Positions 45,259 to 58,385 of a DNA stretch of 64,000 nt are shown here, in pieces; within the stretch, counting starts at the first letter, position 1, and each line of letters starts with the position of its first letter. The position numbers and the translations under genes are program-made. The stretch spans positions 181,378-245,377 of the forward strand of contig CAVXEA010000003.1 of NCBI GenBank assembly GCA_963760685.1, given 5' to 3'. The notes under the pieces were generated by a model that saw nothing but the letters and a program-made list of their open reading frames with translations, was not told the DNA's origin and ran no database searches. The DNA comes from an uncultured Acidobacteriota bacterium. Lineage in GTDB: Bacteria; Acidobacteriota; Vicinamibacteria; Fen-336.

Positions 45259-46659
45259 CTATCGGACCAGCGCCTTGACCAGGCGGTCGTAGAAGTCGAC
45301 GCCTCGGTAGAAGTCCTCGACCCCCACTCGCTCGTCCTTTCCGTGGGCTCGCTTGTTCTCGGGGTCCACGAAGATGCCGGAGATGCCGTAGGTCGGGATG
45401 CCGGCCGCGCGCAGCCACTTGCCGTCCGACGCGCCCGCGTCCATGACCGGAACCACCGGAAGCCCCGGCCACATCTCCGAGACCACGCGCTCCATGGCCC
45501 GGGTCACTTCGGGGTCGAGGGGCGAGGCGGGGCCCGCAGTGGGCTCGCCGACCACGCTGAGCTTCACCGCGGGATCGTTCACGGCCTGGGTGAGCGCCTG
45601 GCGGACCTGCTCCTCCGTCATCTCCGGTAACACGCGGCAGTTGACGTTGGCGGTCGCGACCTGGGGCAGGGCGTTCGGGGCGTGCCCAGCCTGCACCTGG
45701 GTGGCCACGCAAGTGGTGCGCAAGAGCCCGTTGTAGAACGGGCTCTCGGAGAGACGCGCGACGGCCACGGGGTCGGGAGGCTCCGCGGCGGCGGCGCGCA
45801 TGTCGGCCCCGATCGTCCCGCCGACGAGCGGGGCCTGCTTCGTGAAGTAGGCGCGCACCACCTCGTTGATCGCGGCCGGAAACCGCAGGTCCTTGACGCG
45901 CAGCAGGGCGGAAGCCAGCTCGTAGATCGCGTTGTCCTTGCGCGGCCGCGAGCTGTGCCCGCCGGGATTGACGACCTCGAGCTTCCAGTCGAGGTACCAC
46001 TTTTCCGCGACCTGCATCGCGGTGAGGAGGGGACGGCCGTCCGGGCCGTAGAGGAAGTCGCCGCCGTCGGTGTTCAGGCAGTAGGCCGATTCGAGGAGGC
46101 TCCGCTGATTCTCGAGCAGCCACTTCACGCCGTTGTCGTCGCCGTTTTCCTCGTCGGCGGTCGCGGCGAGGATCAGGTCGCGGTCGGGGCGGAGACCCTC
46201 CTTCTTCCAGCGGATGAAGTTGGCAGTGAGGAGCGCGACGCCTTCCTTGACGTCGTAGGTGCCGCGGCCGTAGAAGAAGCCGTCCTTCTCCACGAGCTGG
46301 AAAGGATCCGTGGACCAGTCTGCCTGGGGTGCCTCGACCACGTCGAGGTGGGCGAGCAGCAGGATCGGCTTGCGCTTGCCGGTGCCGCGGATGCGGGCCA
46401 CCAGGTTCTGCTTGCGGGGCTTGGGGCCCAGGATGCGCACGTCGTCTTCGGCGAATCCCGCGTCGCGCAGGCGCTTGGCCACGGCCTCCGCCGCCGGGGT
46501 CGACCCGACCCTCGACTCCGTGGACGGGATCGCGACGAGCTCCGCCAGGATGTCGCGAGCGAGCTTGTTCGTGGTGGGAGAGACCTGGGCTCGCCCGGTG
46601 CCGGCGCCGGCCAGGGTGCCGAGAAGGACGAGGGCTATGGGTCGGAGCTTCTGAGGCAT
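45259..46659 (-). CDS. M20/M25/M40 family metallopeptidase (paralogue of 36072..37433)
   Basis: LAHLDVV, GRGTYDVK, ADEENG, GGHSS, HGKDERV; signal peptide. Confidence 0.92.
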   Translation of the reverse strand: MPQKLRPIALVLLGTLAGAGTGRAQVSPTTNKLARDILAELVAIPSTESRVGSTPAAEAVAKRLRDAGFAEDDVRILGPKPRKQNLVARIRGTGKRKPILLLAHLDVVEAPQADWSTDPFQLVEKDGFFYGRGTYDVKEGVALLTANFIRWKKEGLRPDRDLILAATADEENGDDNGVKWLLENQRSLLESAYCLNTDGGDFLYGPDGRPLLTAMQVAEKWYLDWKLEVVNPGGHSSRPRKDNAIYELASALLRVKDLRFPAAINEVVRAYFTKQAPLVGGTIGADMRAAAAEPPDPVAVARLSESPFYNGLLRTTCVATQVQAGHAPNALPQVATANVNCRVLPEMTEEQVRQALTQAVNDPAVKLSVVGEPTAGPASPLDPEVTRAMERVVSEMWPGLPVVPVMDAGASDGKWLRAAGIPTYGISGIFVDPENKRAHGKDERVGVEDFYRGVDFYDRLVKALVR

Positions 46660-46718
46660 GGTCGTGGAGCCATTCTCCAGTGAATCAGGCAATCCGTGAG
46701 GCTCGGTTGGCGGCGGGG

Positions 46719-47299
46719 TCAGGCCTTCGCCTCCATGATCCTCCGCGCCTTGGCGAGCGCGCGCAAGAGGCCGGCGTCGGGCCCGAGGGTCGTCCCCTCC
46801 GTTCCGAGGGTCGCCACTTCGTCCCAGGAAACCCAGCGCATGTCGCGGGTCTCTTCCGTCGATCGCGAGAACACGGCGTCCGCGGGGGCCACGACCAGAT
46901 AGCGCAAGTCCAGGTGCTGGTGAGCGGGCTCGGGCCCCCGCGCCGGAATGTCGTGGACGTCGACGTCCAGCGGCCGGGGGCGCCCGCATGAAGAGTGAGC
47001 CCCGCGAGGCCCGTTTCCTCGAGGGCTTCGCGCAGCGCCACGTCCTCGCCCGCGGTCTCCCCGGGATCGGCGTGCCCGCCCGGCTGGAGCCAGCGGTCGA
47101 GCTTCTTGTGGTGAAGCAGGAGGGTGCGCGTGCCGTCGGCCGAGAGCACGATCGCGCTGCCGGTGAGATGGCCAACCGCGATCCGCCGGTCGAAGGGGTC
47201 GGGGTTTTCGGCCACGAACGCGCGGATCTGCGCCAGGTCGGCGGCCTCGGCGTCGTCCGCGGGCCGGTGCCGGGCGAGCGCATCGGCAAGCAGGCTCAT
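46719..47299 (-). CDS. NUDIX hydrolase; frameshift about 46985
   Basis: HLTGSA, WLQPGGHAD...ALREALEETGL (Nudix box); continues as DVHDIP...HQHLDLRY. Confidence 0.88.
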
Positions 47300-47312
47300 G
47301 GACGGCATTGTA

Positions 47313-47364
47313 GGGGTCAGGTCTGGAATCGTGAATTCCAGTTCACAATTCCAGACCTGACCCC
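47313..47364. repeat. REP-like palindromic element
   Basis: Perfect 17-bp arms ggggtcaggtctggaat / attccagacctgacccc, plus inner gtgaa/ttcac stem and a 6-nt loop, between divergent genes. Confidence 0.8.
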
Positions 47365-47399
47365 GTTGGGCACAATGGAGCCTCCGGCGAGGGCAAGAG

Positions 47400-47846
47400 A
47401 TGGACATCGTCGCGGTCAACCACGAGGGGACTCTCTTCGTTTCGGGAGAGATCGAAGACTGGACCGTGGTCAAGGGCCACGGCATCGACACGATCGTGGA
47501 CATGGACGGCGACGTGGACCCGGGTCTGCCCGAGGCGCCCAACCAGATCCTCTATGTCTATTTCCCCATCTTCGACGAAGCGCTCCCGTCGCTCCAGAAG
47601 CTCGACTCGGTGGGACGACTGGTGGCCGACCTCGTCGGCAACGAGCATCGGGTGCTGGTCCACTGTCGCATGGGTCTCAACCGGTCGGTGCTGGTGATCG
47701 CCACCGCGCTCACGTACCTGGGCTACTCCGGGGAGCGGGCGCTCACTCACTTGCAGGGGATCCGTCCGGGAGCCCTCTACAACGAGACGTTTGCGGAGCA
47801 CGTCAAGACGCTGCCGGCCCGCCGGCTCCGCCTCGAGCTCGACTGA
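47400..47846 (+). CDS. Dual-specificity protein phosphatase family protein
   Basis: Cx5R active-site loop VHCRMGLNRS. Confidence 0.88.
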   Translation: MDIVAVNHEGTLFVSGEIEDWTVVKGHGIDTIVDMDGDVDPGLPEAPNQILYVYFPIFDEALPSLQKLDSVGRLVADLVGNEHRVLVHCRMGLNRSVLVIATALTYLGYSGERALTHLQGIRPGALYNETFAEHVKTLPARRLRLELD

Positions 47847-47935
47847 GGGCCGCCAGGGGCCAGCGTCGCTCGACCGGCCGCCCAGGGACTATGATGCGCG
47901 CACGCCGGTGGCACACTCCCCAACGGAGGCCCGTC

Positions 47936-49799
47936 ATGACGCGTTGCGCTCTTCTCCAGCCGAGCATCGGGACCAAGGCTCCCACCCTCCTGGCCCTCGC
48001 GGCCATCGTGCTCGGCCCGGGCGCCCGCCCCGCCCGGGCGCAAGCCAGCGCCGCCGGTTTCTACACCTTGCCGCCCTGCCGAGTCATCGACACGAGGGCC
48101 TCCGGCGGGGTCCCCATCGGCGGTGGGTACCCCCTGTTCGGCAACACGGTCCTCACCGCCGACGTGCGGGGGGCGTGTGGACTGCCAGGGAACGCGATCG
48201 CGATCTCGTTCAACGCCACCGTGACCCAGCCCACGGCCGCGGGGAACCTGCGGATCTACCCCGGGAACATCTCGACTCCTCCGGGGACCTCGTCGATGAA
48301 CTACATTGCGGGACAGACGCGGGCGAACAACGGAATCGTGCCCTTGAGCGCGGACGGCAAGTTGAACGTGTATTGCGGCCAGGCCTCGGGGACGGCCCAC
48401 GTGATCCTGGACGTCAACGGCTACTTCGCCACGACCGACCAGGTGGCCACGCCCGCGGGCCTGGCCGTGGTGGTGCATCCCGCCCCTGAGGTCGAGATCA
48501 CCTTCGACAATGTGACGACACCTGGATTCACGACGGCACGGGTTCTCGAGTTTGGCGACATCCCGGGGCGGTCCGGCCCCGTAGACCTGAAGAACTTCTT
48601 CCCGCCGGGGTCTCCCGAGCAGGCGCTGGTGCCGAGCGCTATCGTCCCCCCCTACGTCGTGCCCCTCCCGAAGGGCGGGCCCGGCGGCCTGAACACCTTC
48701 GTTCTCTCGCTCATCGACTCGACCGCCAGCTTCGCCCGCACCGCGGAGTTTCACGGTCACGAGAACTTCCGCCTCGGGTGGGACCCGCCCTGCAGCAACC
48801 CCGCGGACCGCACCCAGGAGCCACGCACCTTCTACGCCCGGGAGAGCAGCGAGCCGCCCCTCGCGGAGGAGAGTGGCTTCGGGGGACCGGGGTTCGTCGA
48901 CATCTCCTCGGGCTGCGGGAGCAACAAGGGCAGCGGCTGGAACTTCTCGGCCTACCTGACCGCGCAGAGACACGCGCAGCCCCCACGACATCGCCCAATT
49001 CATGCTGACCCAGATGCAGGCCGCGCTCACGCAGCTTTCCACGTTCATCACCAGTGGGGTCCTCACCCAGCTCGGCAACGAGGTCACGGCCGCCATCAGC
49101 ACCCTGGATACGACGCCCGCTTCTTCGCTCGCGAACGTCGACAACGTCATCACCATCGTGGACGCGAACCCGGGAGCTTTCACGAACACCACGCGCAACG
49201 TGAGCGGCGAGCTCGTGGGACGCGCCCAGTCCGCACGCTACATGCTGCGCAAGTTCATCGGGTTCGATGCCTACACGGAGCCGGAGCCCTTCCAGGCCGC
49301 GATCCAGGGGCTCACCCCCACGACGATCACGTTCGACAACCTGGGCTTGGACCAGATCCTCCCCAGCCCCACGACGCTCTCAGGGGCGACCTTCAACTTC
49401 TCAGCCGTCGGCGGCTTTTCGGGCCTGGCCACCGACGATTTCTTGTCCGTCTCTCATCCCCAGACCCTGGGCATTGACCGGCTGGGGTGCGCCCCTGGTC
49501 CGTCCTGCAAGTTCTTCTACCCGGGAGACAGCGTCACCGTGACCTTCAGCCCGCCGGTGCGCGCGATCGGGGCCTTCTTCTCGTCGAACGCGGGCGCGGC
49601 CACCCTGCAGGAGTTCATCACGGTGTCGACCCCGGTGGGGACGGCGAAGAACCGCAATGCCTTGCCCGCGGGATCGTACGGGTTCCCGGCCTTCAGCCTG
49701 CGATTCGTGGGCCTCGTTTCCGAGGTGCCGTTCAGCACGGCCACCTTCAGCACCTCGGCGTTCGGGATGGTGATGGACGACCTCACCTTCGCTCGCTGA
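47936..49799 (+). CDS. Large exported modular protein with N-terminal PCRxxDTR module; frameshift about 48965
   Basis: GGAGG RBS; signal peptide; FYTLPPCRVIDTR...VILDVNGYF module; continues in ORF 49002..49799. Confidence 0.75.
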
Positions 49800-49813
49800 G
49801 GGCGGAAGGGCTT

Positions 49814-52800
49814 CTACCGGGTGTGCGGGCGTGAAGTGAGGCCGGCGAAGCTCGCCCCCGCAGCATGCTGCCACAAGAACTCGTTGTTGCAGCCGTCCGG
49901 AAGGCCCGCGGCGCAGGCGCGGCTCAGCAGGTCTGCCGCCCGAGCGGGATCCCTGGGTACGCCGGTCCCCCTCGCGGTCAGCACGCCCAGGTCGTTGCAG
50001 CCCCAGGGGTCGCCGGCCTCGCAGGCCTTGGCGTAGAGGGCGGCCGCGCGGGCCATGTCCGCGGGAACGCCTTGGCCGCGCTCGTACGAGAAGGCGAGTG
50101 AGACGCAACCAGCCGGCTCGCCGCCGTCACAGGCCTGCTGGTAGAGCGCGAGCGCTCGGGAGAGGTCGGCCGGAACGCCGTCTCCTCGCTCGTAGGCCGA
50201 GCCGAGGCTGACGCAGTCTTCCAGGTAACCGGCCGCGCAGCCCTTCGGGAAGCCGGGAGCACCCGTCGACCAGCTCCACGCTGATCTCCACGGACGCGCC
50301 GCCTCGCGAGACGCCCAGGCTCACCCTTTGCCCCGCGCGACGCCGGCGCAGCTCGCGCACCAGGTCTCCCTGGTTGCGAACCTCGATCCCGTCGATCGCC
50401 CGGATCCCGTCACCCTTCCGGAGGCCGGCGCGAAAGGCCGGCCCTCCTCGGTTGACGTTCGCCACGAGGACGCCGCGGCCCGGACCGCCGGAGGACGCGG
50501 AGGCATCGAGCTGCAGACAGAGGATCCCGAGCCGCGGCGACTCCGCGTCGAGGGCCGCCAGCCCCTTGCGAGCCAACTCCTCGATCCCCACCATTTGCCA
50601 CTCGGCTTGCGCCTCCGGCCGAGTGCGTTCCTCCCTGGCCGTGCGGATGGCCTCCTGAAACAACCGGCGAGCGTTGTCATCGTCTCCCAGGCCCATGTAG
50701 GCCTCGGCCAGAAGTGAGGCGTCCGCGGCGATCTCGTTTGGTTCACGGACCCGGCTGTAGAACGGTGCCAGCACCCGGATCGCCTCCCCGTAGTCGCCGT
50801 GCCTCACCCCAAGCGACGCCCTGTACATTGCCCAAACCGGACGCCAGTCCGGGGTCTGCGTAACCACGTCGAGAAGGGTGGCCAGAAACCCGAACAGCAC
50901 GAACAAGAGGGCCACGCCGGTCACGACCGCGAGCGCCGTGCCGGAGCGGACGGACTCCGGGACCCTGATCCTCTTCCGGAGTGAATAGAGCACCACGAGG
51001 GCCACGATGAGCAGCGGCGAGAGCCGGACCACCGAATTGGAGGCAAAGATCAACATACGGACGGCCAGTGGCAACTCCCGGTTCGAGAAGCTCGCCAAGC
51101 TCGCGGCGGTCGGGATGACTTTCCACAGGTAGAAGCCGACGATCAGGCCGGCCGCGATCATGAGGCCCACGCTGTTGATGTTCATGAGCTGGCGCGCGCG
51201 ACGACGACCGCGCGCCTGGGTTTCGGACGCAAGGATGAGCGCCCGCTCCGCCTCCGAGAGCGCGATCCCCGGAGTCTGAGCGAGCGGCAACGCCTCTTCG
51301 AGCGGCTTGCCTTCGGCGAGCAAGAGGTCTCGCGGCTTGCCCTTCTCCCTCCAGAGCGCGGCCGCCGTGGCCACGCGACCGCGAACCCGTAGCAGCTCGC
51401 GGTTCTCCTCGACGAAGCTGCGGAGCCGCGGCCACGAGTGCAGCAAGGCCTCGTGGGCGATCGAGACCACGGCGCGGCCGTCGTCGCCCCGGTCGGCGAC
51501 GAACAGCCTCGCTGCGACGAAGGCATCGACGAGGGAGCGGCTGCCCGCTGCGGCGAACGAGTCGAGCGGCGCGTACCGTCGGTGCAGGGTCTCCTCCTCG
51601 CCGGTGGCGACCGCCACCAGGGCGCGGAATACCCCAGGGAGAGCGTCCTGGACCGAGGTGGAAAGGGAGGCGAAGACCGCCTCGGCCCGTTGGGCCAAGG
51701 CTCCTTCGACGCCGCCCATGCGCTCGTACGCGGCGTGAGTCAGGAGGCCCTCGGCCGTGCGCTGCCGGTAGAGGTCCTCGAGGGTGAACTCCAGGAGGGG
51801 AAGGTTGCCGACCTGACCCGCGGCCGCGTCGCGCAAGACCTCGTCGAGTCGGGCCTGCGTGCTCGGGTCCTCCTCGAACGCGAGCCCGGCCGCCCGCGCC
51901 GGCAGACGGATCATCTGCCCGATCTCGGCGGGCGTCGGTGGCCCGAGGTGGTATTGGCCCGCACCTTCCTTCAGGGCCATCAGCTCCGCGAGCTCCTCGC
52001 AGCGGGCGTAGTAGTCGCTCCGGAGCGTGCCGATGACCCACACGCGGCCGCTCCGTGCCAGGGCCGAGAGCGCGTCGACGAACCCCTTCCGCTCGTCGGG
52101 TGTGACCTTCTCGAGAGTGAACAGCTCCTCCATCTGGTCGATCACCAGCACCAGGCGCGTGTCGGGTTGCTCCGTCCACCCCTCCGCGCGCTTCATCGCG
52201 GCGGCGGCCTGGGAGAGCCCGCCCTTCACCAGGGGAGGCGCTCCCTTCGGGCTCTCGCGCAGCAGTCGCGCCAGCTCGCCGGCGGTCGTGCCATCGGCCC
52301 CGAGCTCCGGAAGCGCCTCCTCTCGCATCAGGGCCGAGGCCAGGCCGTCGAACAAATTGCCGGAGGAATCGGCGGGCCGGAGAATCGCCCGCCGCCAGAG
52401 GCCCACGCCTCCGATCGTGCCCGGTCGCAGCAGCAGAGGCAGGACCCCGGCCCGGACCAACGACGACTTGCCGCTCCCGCTCGTGCCGAGCACGAGCGCG
52501 AAGGCCCGCCCGCTCGCGGCCTGCGTCTTGAGCGCGGCGAGAACGTCCTCCGTGGCCCGGGACCGTCCGAAGAAGATGCGGGCGTGCTCGAAGTCGAAAG
52601 CAGCCAGGCCCCGGTACGGGGAGCCCGACGTCCACGTGGGAGAGGGCTCGTCGGACTCCTCGATCGCCTTCCCCAACTCCGCGTAGGACCCTGGGCGCCG
52701 GCCGGGATCCTTCTCGGTCATGCGCTCGACGAGCGCTGCGAGTTGCGGGGGCGTCTCCGGGCGTTTCTCGCGGAGCGAGGGCAACGGCGTGTGGAGGTGG

Positions 52801-53603
52801 TGGGCCACCACCGCCGCGGGCGTCGTGCCGTGAAACGGTCGGGCCCCCGCGAGCATCTCGTAGAGGACGATGCCCAGGGAGTAGATGTCGCTCCGGAGGT
52901 CCACGGTCTCTCCTCGCGCCTGCTCGGGAGACAGGTAGTGAGGGCTCCCGACGAGCTGGCCCGTGTGGGTCAGCGATGCTTCATCGCTGGCCACCTCGGG
53001 AAGCGCGAGCTTTGCCAGGCCGAAGTCCGCCACGCGCACGTGGTCGCGCGCGTCCAGGAGGAGGTTCGAGGGCTTGATGTCGCGATGGACGATCCCCCTT
53101 TCGGAGGCCGCCTCGAGCGCGCCCGCCACCTGCAGCACGATCTCGATCGCCTCTTCGACGGAGAGTCTTCCGACTCGCCGGATGCGATCGCCCAGGCTCT
53201 CTCCCTCGACGTACTCCATGACGAGGTAGACGACGCCGGCGCTCTCGCCGTAGGAATAGACCCGCACCACGTGCGGATGCTCGACCGTGGCCATAGCACG
53301 CGCCTCGCGCAGGAACCGCACGCGCGCCCCCTGGTCTCGCGGCCCCCGGTCTCCGGAAATCACCTTGATCGCAACCAGGCGGCCGAGGGTCGTGTCCTCG
53401 GCCAGGTAGACCGTCCCCATCCCGCCTTCGCCCAGCTTGCGCAGGATTCGGTGGTCCCCGAGCGTTGTGCCGATCAGCGACGCGGCGGCTTTGCCTCGGT
53501 ACGGTGCGGTCGCAGGGAGGAGCGGATCCGAGCCCTGGCTCAGGGTATCGTGGTCATCCCCTTCCGAAAGTGGGCCAGGCGAAGAGGGCGGATCCTCGCT
53601 CAT
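49814..53603 (-). CDS. Ser/Thr kinase - STAND (nSTAND1-like) NTPase - 3 TM - TPR-like - PDZ - Sel1 repeats; frameshift about 50255
   Basis: Kinase GEGGMGTV/HRDIKPSN/DFG/GSPHYLSPE; SPYRGLAAF...FFGR, Walker A GTSGSGKSS, Walker B LVIDQMEELF, GNLPLLEF, HEALL..WPRL; PDZ GPAFRAGLRKGD; four Cys-containing Sel1 repeats after the shift. Confidence 0.85.
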
Positions 53604-53649
53604 GAGTGTGCCCGGAGTATAGACCGGGCACACTCGAGCGGCGGACGCT

Positions 53650-54542
53650 TCAGGCGGCGGCTTCGGCCTCGGCTTCGATCACGGGCGCCGGCAAAGGCTC
53701 GCCCTTGCGGATGCGGAATCGCTCCGCGTTCTTCGGCAGGAGCTGGATGTCGCGGGCGATGCCGAGCGCGGCGAGAACGCGGATCACCATCCAGTTGGTG
53801 TCCACTTCCCACCATTCGAGGCCGTGCCGAGCCGAGCGCTGGAAGGCGTGGTGGTTGTTGTGCCACCCCTCGCCCCAGGCCAGGAGCCCGACCCACCACA
53901 GGTTCGTGGAGCCCTCAGGGGTCTCGTAGGTCCGGTAGCCCCAGGTGTGGGTCGCCGAGTTCACGAACCAGGTCGTGTGCAGGACGACGACGAGGCGGAG
54001 GAAGATGCCCCAGACGACCAGCGACCAACCGCCCCAGGCATAGAGGGCCAGGCCCACGAGGACGTTCGGGCAGCACGTGGATGCGATTCAGGACGCGGTG
54101 GAACGGATCCGCCACCAGCTCGGGCGCGAAGCGAGCCTCCATCTGGCGACGGTCCATGCCGAGATCGCAGAGGATCCAGCCGATGTGGCTCCACCAGAAG
54201 CCGTCCTTGGGGGTGTGGAAGTCCTTGCCCGGCTTGTCGGACTGGGCGTGGTGGACGCGGTGCATGGCCACCCAGCTGATGGCGCCGCCCTCGCTGGCCA
54301 GCGTTCCGCAGATGGTCCCCAGGTACTCGAACCACTTGGGCGCCTTGTACCCGCGGTGGGTGAGCAGGCGGTGGAAGGTCACGCCGATGCCCGACGGACC
54401 CCGAGAGCCACCACAGGAAGAGCAGGACACCCAGACCCGTCCACGTGAAGTGCCACGCCGCCGTCAGGGCGATCGCGTGAATCACCGCGAAGTAGACGAC
54501 GTTGACGTAGTCGAAGCGCTTACCGTTCCAGGCGAGGGTCAA
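53650..54542 (-). CDS. Delta-9-type acyl-CoA/acyl-lipid desaturase; frameshifts about 54400 and 54070
   Basis: HRLLTH, HRVHH, NSATH, GEGWHNNHH; GAGGAGG before the TTG. Confidence 0.92.
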
Positions 54543-54655
54543 GGGGCCTCCTCTCGCGCGCCGGTTTCCCGCGCTGCGCGAACGAGAGTGAGCCTAGCAT
54601 CCGACCCTCAGGGGGCAATGTCACAGTTCTGCAATACTTCGGCGGCCGCTAAGTC

Positions 54656-54964
54656 TCAGGTGCGAATGGCCATTCCGCCGGACGAGCCCTTGGCGACGAG
54701 CCACACGATGCCGCCGATCACCAGGAAGGGGAGAAGCGGGATCGCGAGCAGCAGCAGCGGAATCGCGACCACGGCCAGCACCGTGACCACGAGCCCGAAG
54801 GCCAGACCTGCCAGGCCGGACACGACGCCTATGACGCCCTTGAGCAGCGCGCCCAGGATACGGAAGGGCAGGAGGACGGCGAAGAACACCACCTTGAACA
54901 GAACGACGGGGAGGATGACCAGGGCCGCCAGGCACAAGCTCCCGAAAACCAGCAGTGCGACCAT
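54656..54964 (-). CDS. Small hydrophobic membrane protein
   Basis: 102 aa, almost entirely hydrophobic. Confidence 0.65.
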   Translation of the reverse strand: MVALLVFGSLCLAALVILPVVLFKVVFFAVLLPFRILGALLKGVIGVVSGLAGLAFGLVVTVLAVVAIPLLLLAIPLLPFLVIGGIVWLVAKGSSGGMAIRT

Positions 54965-55140
54965 CGTGGACCCCTTCCAGAGAGCCCAGCCGCCGGGCAG
55001 GGGTGCCCGGCTCCGGCCTTCACATTTCTTTACGCACGAGGGCGGCTCGGGGTTCCACGAGCGCTACGGCGCTTTCGTGGGACAATGCCAGGTTTGCTGA
55101 AGGGCGCGATCACGCGCTCTCGAGGGAGGTCGAGTCGCCG

Positions 55141-56805
<1,665 letters not shown>

Positions 56806-56815
56806 GCGTGACCGA

Positions 56816-58318
56816 CTACTGCCAGTAGCCGGTTACGTCGAGGATCACATCCACCGAGCCGCCGCCCGCTACGGCCGGCCACACCGTCAGGCGGCCGGAG
56901 TCGTCGAGGGACAGGCTCGCGTCATTGGCCCGGGTCTGACCCGCCGAGAAGTTGAGCGTGCTCGTCGGTGGCGGGCAGCCGGTCGTCGAGAAGCTGAGGT
57001 GGCCGGGTCCCGTCGGATTCGTCACCGTCACGTTCGCCACGACGGCCCGGGCGGTGGCGGGGACGTCGCAGGTCCCACGCAATCGCAGAAAACGGGGACC
57101 CGAGAGGGCCCGCTCTCCAGGCAACCGAGTGTCGACTAGTCGGCAAGGAGCCACGGTGTAATACGAGAGCCCCTGGACCTGGCCGCCGACGTAACCACCA
57201 AGCTCGGACGTGTTGCCCGCCTGGTCGGTGGCGCTCGCCACGACGGGGCCCAGGGGATCCGGCCAGGACCCGTTGAGGGGCGGAGGGAAGGAGACGTCGA
57301 AGAAGGCCCTCTCCGCCGTGCCGAGGCTGACGGTCGTCTTTCCAAGAAAGGTCGAGCCCGCAAAGAGCCGGAGGGACAGTTGTGCGTTGACCCGTCCCGT
57401 CGCGCTCCCTGAGACCGCGACGGATCCATCCCCCGGGCGCACGCTCGCGGCACAAACTTCGGGGAAGTTCTGAAGCGCGTTCGGTCCATCGTCGGCGTCG
57501 CCTTCGTCGTTCGCCGTAGGCCCGTCGCCGGCCAGGTCTATGCCCAGACCGCCGTTCCCAAAGATCGCGTTCGCCAGGAGCGCATTGCCTCGCGTCAGCG
57601 TGTCGGCGCGTCCGTCGCCGACCTGGATACCCGCGAGGGCGTTGCCGCCGATGCTGTTGGGCGGATACCAGACGAGGGCCGGGCCCACGTCATCCGTTCC
57701 GATGGTGTTGCCCGAAGCGGACCCGTGCAGGTAGACCCCGTTGCCTCCGTTGCCGCCGATCGAGGTGTAGCGCACGAGGTTGCCCGACCCCAGGATCTCG
57801 ATTCCGTGGCCGCCGTTGACCACGACCGCCGTCGGGTGGTCGAAGCACCGAAGCCCTCCGCAGTCCACGTAGCCGCCGATGATGTTGCCGCTCCCTCGGA
57901 TGACGAGGCCTGTTCCCTGGAAATTCCTGATCGAGAAAGAGTAGATGGTCGAGTTGCTCGAGTCGAGGACGAGGCCGTCGACCGGCCCGGCCAGGCTGCC
58001 GTCGAGCTCAGGTACCGCGGAACCCAAGATCGAGAGCACATGGCTGACGAACACGGGTTGGGTAATGACCGGCAGGGCGGAAGTGGGCTGGATCTTCATG
58101 CCGGGAGGCGAGAACGAGATGTCGGCGCCGCCGTTGGAATTGGCGTAGGTAATCGCGTCGCGCAGCGTGCAGGTCCCGATTCCGGTGGTGGCGCAGCCGG
58201 GAGCGTGCAGGGTGTCGCCGGCATCGTTCACAGTGATGCTGTAGGTCAGGCCGACCGTCGGGCGTGAGAACACCGAGAGGACAACGCCGGCGGCGAGCAA
58301 CCCGGGTCGAGGCGTCAT
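56816..58318 (-). CDS. Exported CSLREA-like / parallel beta-helix protein with C-terminal PCRxxDTR module
   Basis: CTLRDAI, GN-repeat beta-helix, NGGLGIDL...[20 protein letters not shown]...DVTGYW; AGGAGGT RBS. Confidence 0.8.
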   Translation of the reverse strand: MTPRPGLLAAGVVLSVFSRPTVGLTYSITVNDAGDTLHAPGCATTGIGTCTLRDAITYANSNGGADISFSPPGMKIQPTSALPVITQPVFVSHVLSILGSAVPELDGSLAGPVDGLVLDSSNSTIYSFSIRNFQGTGLVIRGSGNIIGGYVDCGGLRCFDHPTAVVVNGGHGIEILGSGNLVRYTSIGGNGGNGVYLHGSASGNTIGTDDVGPALVWYPPNSIGGNALAGIQVGDGRADTLTRGNALLANAIFGNGGLGIDLAGDGPTANDEGDADDGPNALQNFPEVCAASVRPGDGSVAVSGSATGRVNAQLSLRLFAGSTFLGKTTVSLGTAERAFFDVSFPPPLNGSWPDPLGPVVASATDQAGNTSELGGYVGGQVQGLSYYTVAPCRLVDTRLPGERALSGPRFLRLRGTCDVPATARAVVANVTVTNPTGPGHLSFSTTGCPPPTSTLNFSAGQTRANDASLSLDDSGRLTVWPAVAGGGSVDVILDVTGYWQ

Positions 58319-58385
58319 CAGGACCTCCTCTGGCATGGCGCATCGTGGAGGGTCAGACCATTCTAGCTTCGGTCGCCGACGCGTT

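Noticed and set aside
54547-54596. Leader hairpin with GAAA tetraloop partly covering the desaturase SD (possible thermosensor)
   Set aside because: The likely -10 (TAGGCT, 54596-54591) puts the TSS inside the 5' arm, so the SD-covering pairs probably do not form; such stems are common at this GC content
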